A DNA stretch of 64,000 nt. Origin: Octopus vulgaris (lineage: Eukaryota). A program made the translations under genes and the position numbers. Location: positions 38,502,001 to 38,566,000 of the forward strand of contig OX597823.1 in assembly GCA_951406725.2 (NCBI GenBank). The letters run 5' to 3'. Below the pieces are notes generated by a model. The model made no database searches. It was not told the origin of the DNA and saw only the letters and a list, made by a program, of their open reading frames with translations. This document shows positions 13,611 through 26,900 of this stretch, one piece after another. The stretch's first letter is position 1. Every line of letters starts with the position of its first letter.

Positions 13611-14089
13611 AATACGCGCGAAGGTTGAAAAAGGATGATAGAGCGAGACTTGGTCGGGCAAGAGTTAATAGAGGAGAAATTAGATACAATAGTTAGATAG
13701 ATAAATAACAACAGATAGGAAAACATGTATGATTGGTCGAGAAGTGAAGTGAAGTGAAAATAAATAAAAATAAGATAAGCATTCAAACTTAGCTGTGCTC
13801 GAGATTATAGCCGCTAGGTGAATGAATGAGAGAGCAGATGTTGTTGCCTTAAGTAAAGAAATTGACCGGAAAGGAATTTTTGGACAAGGCGGAAGTGTAT
13901 TAAGGGAACAGGCTTTAAAGATGGCGGAGATCGATAGACAAATACGCGCGAAGGTTGAAAAAGGATGATAGAGCGAGACTTGGTCGGGCAAGAGTTAATA
14001 GAGGAGAAATTAGATACAATAGTTAGATAGATAAATAACAACAGATAGGAAAACATGTATGATTGGTCGAGAAGTGAAGTGAAGTGAAA

Positions 14090-14096
<7 letters not shown>
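13611..14096. repeat. Identical 156-bp direct repeat (period 330 bp)
   Basis: 13611-13766 and 13941-14096 are identical by eye; CpG-rich; abuts (TA)n. Confidence 0.9.
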
Positions 14097-14127
<31 letters not shown>

Positions 14128-16001
14128 GTCTCAAAATAGGAGATTGGAAAAAGTTAAGTTTTGGTATTATTTATTTACTATTACACATGTTTCATTAGCT
14201 AATAGGAGTTACAAAATTGTACATGTTGTAGAAACATGCTATACCACCTGCATGTACAATTTTGTAACTCCTAATAAGGTCAAAAATTTTCTCACTCTCC
14301 TGTTATAATATATAATTACTCTGCTAAAGTTATTTTCGGAGTATGTAATTCTTATGCGTACCTCATACAAATATAACATCTATGTACAGATTTGGAATAC
14401 TGGAATAAGCAGACATGCTTCAAGAAGACACAGATTGGATTTTAACCCTATCTACATAATACATATATATATATGAAACATTTGATATTGAAAATTTTGT
14501 ACTTATTGGCATAATATGAAGGAGTAAATTAGAGTTGTAGATATTAACTATTCTTTATTAAAGAAAATTAAAGAAACATTTATTGTTGAAGATGTACAGT
14601 CGTCTGTGCTGATGTTTAATAGCTTAATTTTAAGCACAATATATTCTTAGGAATATATTGACTGACTGTGTTTCAGGCAACCATGTCTGAAACCTTTAGT
14701 CATGACAGACTAGATGATACGTGTGCAGAAAGGTATAATACAGAGACTGATTAATTCAGTACCTCATATATAAGCTTTCTATTTACACTTAAACATTTAA
14801 TCAATTAACATAATGTCACAGAGCAAACCTGCTTTTACTGAATTCTAATTATGGAGACATAACTTTCATTATGTTGATTATGAATTTATGATGTGTTAGA
14901 TATATCACATAACTCTATAATTTTCATATAAGTGGTAATATAGTGTTAAATTTTCTTTAGTAAGGCATTTTATGAAAGTAAGACCTGTTTCTGTTTTGGG
15001 GCATTGTTTAATGCTTCAGACCCCCAGTTGAGTGTTTCAGTTATAGCCTGTCACTAGCAAATAATTTTTCTGGTTGATTGGAAGGAAACAACTGTCAGGA
15101 ATAGTAAATAGGCTAAGTGCAAGAACATAAAATATATGATAATAAGAGTTTTATTAACACACCATGAAAACGAAAAGACTAAAAGCTTTGACTAAGTATT
15201 TTGAAAATATCTGCGTTTGCAACATGTTTTTGATAACTCTCTGTCATTATTTCTTGTTTGTGGAGTTACAAGAGAACCCTGACAACAATTTTATATGTGT
15301 GTGTGTGTATTTATGTATGCGTATTTTCTTTTATTTCTGACTCCTTTATTAATAATGTGCATTGTGGCAGTGATGTTGATAAAGACACAAGAGAATTTAG
15401 ATTAGAAGTTTCTAGGTTCATGACCCCATTCTCTGAATTCAAATTGCATCTCAATTGTTTCTGGCTTCTATCTGTTTTCAGTCTATAATATGTATCATTC
15501 ATATATTGTGAAGAAATTTTATTGACTAAAGAGCTTTGTTACTAAGAAAGAAAATTGTTAATAATGATATCTCATTTTGACTCAAGGCCAGAAATTCATA
15601 AAAGAAGGATATGGTTGATTGATTCAACCACTGCATATAACTTCTACTTATTGTACATATCCCAAGTAGGGGTCAGGCAAAAGGCAAACTCCACTCCAAC
15701 AACATATGAACTCAGAGTTTACAGAACATGAACTAAACACCAGAAAGTATTTAGCCCAGTAAATGGCCATTTTTAGTGGCAAATATGTTTAAAACAAAAA
15801 TTTGTAAAAGTCTGAAATTATTCTTATATTGGTTAACAACATTCATTTCATATTTGACTTATTTTTGGTAGTATTGTCTAGCTTATATCCACAAATTAAT
15901 TTCTTGGTGAAATGTTGATTTCACAAGGTCACAAAATTGGGGCACAGGTGTATGTAAATAAATCCATTTGTGTATTTCACTGTGAATTCACTCAATCTAT
16001 G

Positions 16002-16061
<60 letters not shown>

Positions 16062-16191
16062 GATGTGTGTGTGTGTGTGTGGATGTGTGTGTGTGTGTAT
16101 GTATCAATATGTGTATATGTATAAATGTATGTCGTTATATGCATATGTTTATATGTATATATACATGTATACTTATCTATCTATCTATCTA

Positions 16192-16234
<43 letters not shown>

Positions 16235-18558
16235 TTCTATATATAAACAAGTATATATATATATATATGTATATATATCTATCTATATATATGTATAGAT
16301 AGATATATATACATATATATATACACTCTCTCTCACTCCTCCCAACTTGCTCATGTGACTCCCATGTGATCATCGGCTATCTTATTTTCTTTCTCTCTGT
16401 TGTAGCTGGAACAAGGAAGATATGTTCTTGCTTGTATCCTGTCCTAGCTTGATTCAAGCGTTTCCCACCACAACCTCATTTAGGCTTAGCAGCCTTTCAT
16501 GTTTCTTTTCACTCTCCTGTTTGTGTTACCTATTTTGACCCTCTACAAAATCCCAAATTTGATTTACTTTGTGGGAGCAACTGTTTTATAGAAAGTGTGT
16601 ATTGTTGTTAAATGCTCGAAATGCGAGACTAGAAAAACAGTCAACAACTGATGAAGGGTCGTTCTTTATGTTGTTTGTTTTGTTTTCCATTTGTGTCTTT
16701 TGTCGTTTGAAAGAATAGTTATGTCCCATGTATTCATGCTTCGTACTTGTCACTGGCACAAGTGCCTTTTATATGTCACTGGCACTGGCCACGACTATGA
16801 TTTCACTTAGCTTGATGCATCTTCTCAAGCTCAGCAAATCACCAAAAGTATCAGTCACTTGTCGTTGCCTCCATGAGACTGAATTCAAATCTAGCCAAGG
16901 TTTTCTAGGATTGATAAAATATTATGACCAACCAAGCACTGGGATTGATTTTATTGAATTTGTAGTCTTTTGCCTATGTTAGAAATGATCAGTATTTAAT
17001 TGTAGAATTTATTTGAAAAATTGAGAAAAATATTTTTTTTAAACATTTATTAACATTTGTGTTACTGAATATTTATTTTTGAAATTTGACTAATTTCATT
17101 GAATAATTGCATGTATTGTTCTTACATTATTTAATTATATAACTGTATTTCACAATACATTTAATTGTCTTGTGTTTTCTTATCTGTTTTGTTATCTAGC
17201 ATGCATCTGTCTTACCCCTTGATACTCATTAACAAATCTTCATTGCTTCAAATTGATGTATTAATTACATTAACATTTGTGTAAAATGTTTTAATTTTTG
17301 CTCATATAACAAAGATTTATAATTAATTGGCACATTTTTATAAAATACATTAATAAATATTTATTAAATATATAACAATATTACTGATAAAACCAATTTA
17401 TCTTCCTTAGATAAATTCTAATTATCACCCTTTCTTAAATGGGCTGTATGGTTACAAAGTCCATTTCACAACTGCCTATCTCCAAGTTTTATCCCATGCA
17501 CAATACCTTAGGCCAATGTCTTTTATCATAGTCTTGGGTTGACCCAAGCTTTGTGAGAGATTCAGTTGACAGAAACTGTATAGAAGATCATCACATGGAC
17601 TGTTCTTGTTATTGTGTTGGAGACTTAATCTGTTGTCTGTCTTAACACCACCACCATTACCATGACTGTCACATGTTACAAATATTCAGTTCAAGTCTTC
17701 AACCTGCTGACAACTTCTTTCTTCTCAATAATTTCAGAGGTTCCTCATAATGGTGATCGTTGCTCACCATCTTGTTCTCACTGTTACATTAAAAGAAAAG
17801 AATTGTAAATACTTATAAACTCTATTTTTATACACCAAAGCAGTAATTTTATCTCAACAAATTATTATCTTAGATATGTTTTAAATATAAAAAAATCACA
17901 ATTTCAAAATGGATAAGTATTTAAGAAAAAAAAATGTAGGACATTAGTATTTCTAGTAATTTCTTGTACTGAAGTTTGGATTAACTTATTAATTAAAAGC
18001 AATTATGAACTAATAGATAAAGAACCTATTGAAAGCCTGTTGCTGGTGCTTGACTCCAGGTCAGCCCTGATTGGGCAGATCTATGACTAACAGGAACTGA
18101 AGTTATGCCAAACAGAAATTATTTTGTGAAATTAGACATACTAAATTTCCCAAGCGTTTATTAAAAGTTATCAGAATTTGTAATTGTTTATGAAAAATCA
18201 TTAACACAAGTTGTTATTATGTAGACTTGGGTTAACTCTAATCAAACAGTCAGTGTGAAAGGTGAGGTATGGCCCTTATTTTACTGTTCCAGGCATACTA
18301 TACCTCCACCTAGTTAGACCTGTATTAATTACTCCATCATACAGTGGTTAATTATATGGCTTACAGTGTTGTAGTCTTGACATGTTGGACTCTCTTCATT
18401 TAAGTTTTAATTTGGGGCTCCTACTTAAGCATTGCATAAATCTAATGGCTTTTAACACCTATTTGTTCTCTGCATTCTCCATTATCTTGCAATTGTTCTG
18501 TTGCCTCTTCTAACACTAACCTCAGCCTGTCCTTATTTTCTTCCCATTTCTTAAACAG

Positions 18559-18675
18559 TGGGATGATTTAAATTTGTCTGATAAAAAGAAATCTCGCCGT
18601 GCCGTGAGCTCCCGCTTTAACAAACTGAAGGAAAAGGGAAGTGCAGCATCTAGTCCTCAGCATAATAGAAGTTAT
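18559..18675 (+). CDS. OSBPL6: OSBPL3/6/7 exon (basic low-complexity linker)
   Basis: Polypyrimidine tract, aacag|TGG...TAT|gtaagt, 117 nt, phase 0/0; WDDLNLSDKKKSRRAVSSRFNKLKEKGSAASSPQHNRSY. Richer in GC/CpG than the flanks and phase-compatible on both sides. Confidence 0.75.
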
Positions 18676-19799
18676 GTAAGTGTCTCCTTGCTGCTTTCAT
18701 TCTCCATACATCACTTATTATGATCCACTTTTTGTTGACATATATTAAAAACTTCATTGCAATTAATATTTTCTATATATTTTACCATTCACCTATCCAA
18801 TGCTTTACACAAACTTCATTCACTGTAAACATGCTACTTAACTTTTTATAACATTTTACCACAAATGTTTCTCACAAAAATGTTTTTAGAAAAAATTCCC
18901 TTGTTACACTTAAGACTTTCTATATTTTGATATGATCTTTTTTTTTTCATTTTTTGAAAACCAGTTTATCATACATTTTTCCCTTTTTTCCTATTTTTAG
19001 TTTTATTGTGCATCTAATTATTGAATTAGCAAAATGTTGATTTTTTTTTTCCTTTCTTTAAATCAAGAAATGAGTTAAATCACTTATGGCACTCTTGTAA
19101 TATTCTAACATAGAGCATCCAAGATTGTTTTTGTGTCTTGTTTTCCTCCCTCCTATTCCTTTTTCTCACACACAAACATTTATCAGTATTAATGATTATT
19201 GTGAAGTTTATTTCAGTAAATTCCAGTTGGCTAGGCACTCAAATTGACAATGATAACAGAATAGTGAAATATTATTTAGGACATTTAATCCCTATTCCAT
19301 AATTAATGGTTATTTTCAAAATTTATATATATTTATTATCCGTAAGAAATACATGGTAACATTAAATCTTTTCTATTTAAAACATAGGAATTATCACATC
19401 CTTCGAAAATCTTAATCCTATTTTATTTTTATTGCTTACTGTTCTTAATCTCTGATTGATTTTTTTAAAAAACATTTGCATTGTGTCCACTTGTAAAATT
19501 CCTAATGGTATTTTAGACAAGCTTTAGAAATATTTAACATTGTAAAAAATTTTTCAAAAATCTTATTTTACTCATAAATTTGTTGGTTCAACTTAAGTTT
19601 TTTTTCAATCTCATAGACTATGTGTCTAGATTTAGAAACTATTATAATCACATGTTGAGAGATTACAAAAAATGTGTGTATTTCTGGGTGTTCATTCATA
19701 GGAATAAGGCTTACAGATATAAAATAACGTACTCAAGACATCAGAAAGTAGTGCATTGTCTTTGCAAGGTGAATTTTGCTTCTAAGAAACTTATCTTTG

Positions 19800-20003
19800 A
19801 ATTGTGGCTGTGTGGTAAGAAGTTTGCTTCTCAACCACATGGTTCTGGGTTCAGTCTCACTGTGTGGTACCTTGAGCAAGTGATTTCTATTATAGCCTTT
19901 GGCCGACCAAAGCCTTGTGAGTGGATTTGGTAAATGGAAACTGAAAGAACCTACAAGTTGACCCAAATATATATATATGTATATATTTATGTATATATCT
20001 ATA

Positions 20004-20034
<31 letters not shown>

Positions 20035-20215
20035 CTGTGTTTACTTCCCCACCACCACTTGACAACTGGTATTGGTGTGTTTACGTCCCTATAACTTAAT
20101 AGTTCAGCAAAAGAGACAAGTAGGAATCCTGAGGTTGATTTCTTCGATTAAAACTTTTCATGGTGGTATCCCAGCATGGCCACAGTCAAATGACTGAAAC
20201 AAGTAAAAGATAAAA
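19800..20215 (+). mobile_element. tRNA-derived SINE (TGGCTGTGTGGTAAGAAG head family)
   Basis: A box TGGCTGTGTGG, B box GGTTCAGTCTC, internal (GT)n; related copies at about 25495, 29315, 41715, 46140, 50003 and 55505. Confidence 0.75.
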
Positions 20216-21402
20216 TATACCCTTACATACACACACATTCAGGTTTTCCCAGATAAAGCCAAGGCTTTGAGACTTAGTCTTTTCACCTTAATGTTTAAAC
20301 CCAGCACAATGTAGATAAAATCAGCTACTTTAGTGTTTTTTATATGATATAGTTATGTTGTGGGATTTTTTTAGTGATGATAGCTTACTGAGATGAATGG
20401 TAGTGTGTTATGTATATATTAAAACATTGCTATTGTTGTTGTTGTTGTTGATGATGATGATGATGATGATGATGAAGGGGTGGGTGAGCCTACTTCACTG
20501 AGTTTATGACCTGGCTTGGTTCAGCTTTTCTTGAATATGTTTTTGCCATTTTTATTGAATTTTCATGCTTACATTTCTTTGATGTGGGTTTTGTTTTGAG
20601 TCCATTTGGAGTAGTTGACACCTCTATCATGATCCATCCTACAGGTTGACCCACATGCAAGTGTGAGACTGAGAACCAGACTCTGCCAATTTTTAAGTGT
20701 GGAGAGTCATTATAAATTTTTTAGGCATTAATTTGACATTGTCATGAAACATTGTTGTACCAGTGTCTTGATATACCATGGCACTGGTTCAGCAATGTGT
20801 TTATGACAACTATATAGCCTTCAGTTGTTTGTCCTCTATATCAGCCATCTGTAGTTCTTGATGTGAATATTTCAAATTAGAATTGTATCTCTAAAATACT
20901 CTGTTCTATTCTAAATGGTACAGCATAATTAGTAAGGTATAATTAGTACAGATAATAAGAAAGGAGTTATTAATACAGAATAATTATGTTTTTGATTCTT
21001 CAATTTCTTTTCTGTGCAAGTTTCTCTTAACATCTTTTTTATATTTCTATTTAATCTTGTCCAAATTCTTGGGCTTGGTAGATGATAAACTTTTGTCTCT
21101 TTTTAATATTTTTCTGTTAATATTCTGGTAAATTAGTGTATTTCATTCATTGCTCTAAACATGATCTGCTTTCTTTATGAACAGTTAGGATTTTTGCTAC
21201 CTTATTTGGATCATGTTCTACACTGGTTTGCATCCAACTGATATTAAACACAAATAAAACCAAGATATTCTTGTTTGTTTTGCATCATAATATAAATGCA
21301 ATGCAAATATCTGCAAGAAATATATTTGGATCTCTGATTTTTATATATAGTCTTTGATGTTTCTATGTGCTGAATTGTGTCAAAATTGAATTCTTGATGA
21401 TG

Positions 21403-21451
<49 letters not shown>

Positions 21452-21454
21452 TAA

Positions 21455-23226
21455 TTGCTCAATGATGTACAATACGGTTATAAAATGTTTGATAAAAATA
21501 TAAATCATCTTGTTTACATGGATGATTTAAAGCTCTTTGCAAAAAATGATCAACAACTACAGAGCTTACTAGCAATTGTTAAACAATTCAGTGATGACAT
21601 CAGGATGCAATTTGGCCTCGATAAATATGCAAAAGCTACCTTTATCAAAGGAAAAATGACAGAAAAATTCAATGTTAATCTTGACCAGCAGAATGTCATA
21701 AAGGAATTAGAACCAGTGAAGAGCTACAAAAACCTAGGGGTATTTGAAGGGGATGGAATCAAATATTCAGTGATGAGGGAAAGGATCAGAAGTGAATGTT
21801 ATCACAGGGTAAAAGCAATATTCAAGACAGAGCTGAATGCAAAAAACAGGATCGAAACAATCAATAGTTTAGCCATACCAGTTGTGACTTACAGTTTCAA
21901 TATCATTAACTGGTTAATTACTGAAATATGTAATTTTGACAGAAAAATACGAAAATTGTTGACAATACATAGAATGCACCAACCTAAGGCAGATATAGAA
22001 CAACTTTATCTGCCAAGAAAAGAGGGTGGCCATGGACTTTTACAACTGGAATTAACAATGAAGATTGCCACAATTGGCCTAAACACCTACCTGAAAAACT
22101 CTGATGACTGGATATTAAAACTTTCTCAAAATATGAAAACAAGAATGCATCATACTCAGTAACAAAACAGGCAAAGGAATATCTAAGTGAATTCCAAATA
22201 CAACAAATTCCAGAGCTCAGAAAAAGTTAAGCATATGAAAACCCATGCTAAGACTGCTGCCTTAGATATTCCTATTGATAAATGGCAAAAAGAACCTCTC
22301 AATGGTAAATACCCAAAGAGAGCTAATGGTGTTGACAAAGCTGTTACCCATCAATGGTTAGTGGCTTCTGGTTTAAAATCAGAAACAGAAGGGTTTAACA
22401 TAGCAGCCCAAGATCAATGCCTACCTACAAGAAACTACCAGGCCAACATATTAAAGAACAGCAGCTGCCCAACATGGCATGTCTGTCAACAACAAAATGA
22501 AACCATTAATTATGTTGTCTCCATGTGCAGTCTTCTTCCGAGTATCTCAGCAGGCATGATAGAGCAGCACAATATATTCACTGGGTAATTTGCAAAATCA
22601 TGAACCTACCCCATGATAAAAACTGGTGGGAACACACACCATCCCCAGTGCTTGAAAATGATCACATCTCACACCTCTGGAAATTCACCATGCAAACTGA
22701 CAGAAAGATAGATGCGAACAGGCCAGACATCATATTGAAAGACTTCAGACAAAAATCATGCCTCCTCATTGATATAACTGTCCCACTCAATATAAACATA
22801 TCTGCCAAGACCTACCAAAAACTGAGCAACTATAAAGATCTTGAAATAGAAATTGGCAAAATGTGGAATCTGAAGACTAAAACAATACCTGTTGTCATAG
22901 GTGCCCTAGGAATGATAGTAAAAGGGGCTGATTGCTACCTAGCTCAGATACTAGGAAACACCAAAATGGCAGAATTTTAAAAGATAGTGCTCATGGGAAT
23001 TGCCCACATCCTATGTAAAATACTGTCTATGTAATCTGAAATTTTAAAACAAACTCATAATTTTATTATGTTTTCTTAAACATTCTCTAGAACAATAATA
23101 TGGTCAAAACCAAATATATGACACCCTAGGTATAACACTAGCATGAACTTGTAACTTGTTGTCTCTTGAGGTATCTGGGTGAGACTTGGAGCAAACTTGT
23201 ACAAATGCAAAGCAAAAATTAAACAT
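21455..23226 (+). mobile_element. 5'-truncated R4/Dong-clade non-LTR retrotransposon (RT, CCHC remnant, restriction-like endonuclease), frameshifted
   Basis: NHLVYMDDLKLF, LYLPRKEGGHGL, AAQDQCLPTRNY, RHD, RPDII...LIDITVP...KYKDL-like motifs; flanked by (TAA)n on both sides. Confidence 0.92.
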
Positions 23227-23902
23227 ATAATAAGAATAATAATAGCTTCTTCTCATCAACATCATTAGATGGATTAGGTGCTGCATGATGGTTGTATATA
23301 GCTGTCTTAAATCAAGTTGCAATTTCACTTCCCAATTTATTTTCTTTGGCAAATTTCTCTGTGCCATTCTTCTTAAATTTTAGTTGAATTATACCATCAT
23401 ATATTCCACAACATCTCTGTAAATATTCACAAGTTTAAAACTAATCTTTTAAGACTGAATAGTGTTTCTAGTACACAACATGATTGTAGGCAATAAATTC
23501 CCTCTCATTATCATCACACCAAAGGAATTAAAAGACTCATTTGTAGCTTCTCTACCTGTGTGATTCTTTTTAATTTGAGAATCTTGATGTCGTATTTCAG
23601 CACTTAGAATGTCTTGAAAGATTATGTAGAAATTATCTGAGCAGAATTTATGTAAATAAGTGTATAAACTTAGATGATATAACTGCTTTATTAACTCTCA
23701 TTTAATCCTAGATTAGATGAGATTAGTTTCCATTTTCAGAAACCTGGAGTCCATATATTTTAACCTAAATATTTCAAAATTATGGAGAATAAGGAAACAA
23801 ATTATTTTATGAACATACTTTATATTCCTCTTGATTCTAGAAGAAATTACAATATGATTGTGTTCTTGTAACTTTGTAAGTTCAGTTGGTAAACTTGTAT
23901 GG

Positions 23903-23935
<33 letters not shown>

Positions 23936-25417
23936 ATGTGTGTGTTTCCATATCCCTAATTTTAAAGTGATAAAATTGCATGTCCCTATTGATTTAATGA
24001 GCAGCTTTATATTATTGTATTTTTCTCTTTATCTTTAAAAATCTATACAGGTTTAGGGTTTAGGCTATAAAATCTGTAAGGTGTTTCATTAATCAAGTTT
24101 TAGAAAACCATGCAGTGTTCATAAAATGTAAATTTGTATTGTAATTGTTTTAGATTACTCCCCTTAGTATTGTAGAATTATACTTTTGAAAGAATGAATT
24201 AATATAAACTATTTCTTGTTCATATTATCTAATTGGAGATTACAGATAGCTTTTTATACCCATATTTCACTGTCTCTGTTTTACGATAATTGTTCAAAAC
24301 CTGTGTGTAATGCATAGAATTATCTGTGTTTATTTATTAGCAACTAATACCACTATAAATATTTTATTAATTGTCTTCTTTATTATTTTGCAATTAATTA
24401 CCACGAAATTAAAAACTTTTTCCATTTGCATGGTTTATCTCTTATCACATTGCTGTTTCTAGAACATTGGTTTTCCTATTCGCTTAATAACTCACTGCTT
24501 TCTTGTTCTAATCTTCATTTTAAATTCTTTCTCTTTTTCAAAATAAAAAAAAGAAAAGAAAATGTAATTTGATCAGAGTTTATAATGTTTCATTAAATGT
24601 ATTTAAGTATCACCCAAAAAGTAATGGCTTGGTAAACTGCAATACCATGATTATTAATTATTTAAATCACTGTTCTGGTTAAATATTTTGAAAATAAAAG
24701 TCCACATCAATTGAATAATATTTGAGATGTGCTGGAACAAAGTAGATTTATTTGCTTATTGATATTTATATTTTAGGGTCTGGAACATGTATTTTACATG
24801 CAAAAACATTTTACACATAAACACACAAAAACATCAAAATAAATAGACAAAGAATTTTTTTAGGTCTGAAGGATGGGAAAATCATAAAAATTGGATTGAA
24901 ATGTGAAAAAACTTCAACAGGACACCTGTATTCTAAGGGAGAACTAGAGTGAATGCAACTGACTTTGTTCCTTATACTTTACAACAATAATTACAGAATT
25001 TTCCCACCAAAACCTTCGTTGATATCTTCTGCTATCAGATTTATCTGCAATATTTCATACTTTGGTTTGTGTTGATTCTTTTGGAGAATTTGCACAGTCT
25101 GGACCCCTTAGCTTGTTTGTCTACAGCTTTTCATTTCTTGTATAAAAGGTGTTAATAAATAGACTATCAAACACAACATCATTTCATGGCATTTTTGTAA
25201 TAATGGTAATAATACTTATTTAATTTAAATTTGTACTGGCTCACAATACCCTTGTTTTGAATGCCGTGGGGGCATTTAAAGTAAAGAATGCACATGAGGT
25301 AATGTGATGATTATTTCAGAAATAGATGTTAAAGTGTTACTTCCAGCTGATGAGCTCAAACCATGGTTTTTCATACAGAGGGCAAAATCAATTGATGCTG
25401 AAATATACACATTCCTA

Positions 25418-25461
<44 letters not shown>

Positions 25462-25629
25462 ATTCATGAAGGTATTAAATTCTTTGTGCCTACAAGCATG
25501 GCTGTGATTAAGAAGCTCAGTTTGCAATCACATGGTTTTCAGTTCAGTCCCATTGCATAGCACCTTGAGCAAGTGTTTTCTACTATAGCTCTGGGGCAAC
25601 AAATGATTTGCGAGTTGATTTGGTAGATA

Positions 25630-26900
25630 CCATTATCATTTAATGTCTGTTTTCTAGACTGGCATGGGTTGGATGGTTTGAGTGAAAACTGGAAAACTGG
25701 GAAACTGCATCAGGTTTCAATCTAATTTGGCATGGTTTTTACAGCTGGATGCCCTTCCTAACACCAGCCACTCCAAGAGTGTAATGGGTGCTTTTTATGT
25801 ACCACTGGCATGGGTGTCAGTTACGAAATGCCAGCATCAACCACGTCTATGATCTCACTTGGCTTATCAGTTCTTCTCAAGCACAGTATATTGCCGAAGG
25901 TCTCAGTCATTTGTCACTGCCTCTGTGAGGCCCAAAGTTTGAAGGGTGCTTTTTACATGCCACTGGCATGGGTGCCAGTTACATGACACTGGTATCAACC
26001 ATAACTACAATTTCACTTGGCTTGATGGGTCTTCTCAAGCACAACATATCACCCAACGTTTGAAGGGTGCTTTTTACATGTCACCAGCACAAGTGCCAGT
26101 TGCATTACTCTGGCATCAGCCACAGCTGCGTTTTCACTTGGCTTGATGGGTCTTCTCAAGCATGACATATAGCCAACAGTCTTGGTCACTTGTCATTGTC
26201 TCCATGAGGCCCAATGTTTGAAGATCATACTTCACCACCTCGTCCCATGTCTTGCTGGGTCTACCTCTTCCACAGGTTCCCTCCACAGTTAGAGATCAGC
26301 ACTTCTTCACACAGCTGTCCTCATCCATACACATCACATGACCATGCCAGTGCAGTTGTGTCTCTTGCACACCACATCTGATGCCTCTTATGCCCAACTT
26401 TTCTCTCAAGATGTTTACACTTTGTTGTACATGCACACTGACATTGCACATCTAGCAAAGCAGACTAGCTTCATTTCTTTCAACCTTGTGGATGTCCTCA
26501 ATGGTCACAGCCAATGTTTCTCTGCCATGTAGCATAGGTTGTTCACACACAGGCATCATACAATATGACTTTCACTCTGAAGGAGAGGCCCTTTGTTACC
26601 AACAGAGGGAGGAGCTCTCTGAATTTTGCCCAGCCTATTCTTCTTCCAGCAACTATGCTCTCAGAGCATCCACCTCTGCTACTGACTTGGTTACCAAGGT
26701 AATAGAAGCTATCAGCTTTCTAGTTTTCTTCCCTTGTATTTGATGGAGTCTATTTTCTGTACATTTTTGGTGTCAATTGTACCTGTGCACCTCCCACACA
26801 CAAAAATTATTTTCCCTGTTAACCTTCCTCTGACATTGCTGCATCTTATGTATCCATAGCTTACACCATATACATCTTATGGAGTTATTACCCATGCCTT
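25630..26900 (-). mobile_element. RTE-clade LINE 3' fragment with tandemly duplicated 3' units
   Basis: Minus strand reads WHGHVMCMDEDSCVKKC...VEGTCGRGRPSKTWDEVVKYDL, then three related 3' units and the shared tail; a second shorter copy lies at 26935-27300. Confidence 0.8.

Noticed and set aside
14677-14732. Exon-like segment cag|GCAACCATG...GAAAG|gtataa (ATMSETFSHDRLDDTCAE)
   Set aside because: It is 56 nt and ends in phase 2; joining it to 18559 gives a stop within a few codons. No homology; at best a poison or alternative exon.
20480-20860. Possible decayed LINE 3' end on the minus strand
   Set aside because: Too degenerate to assign by eye.
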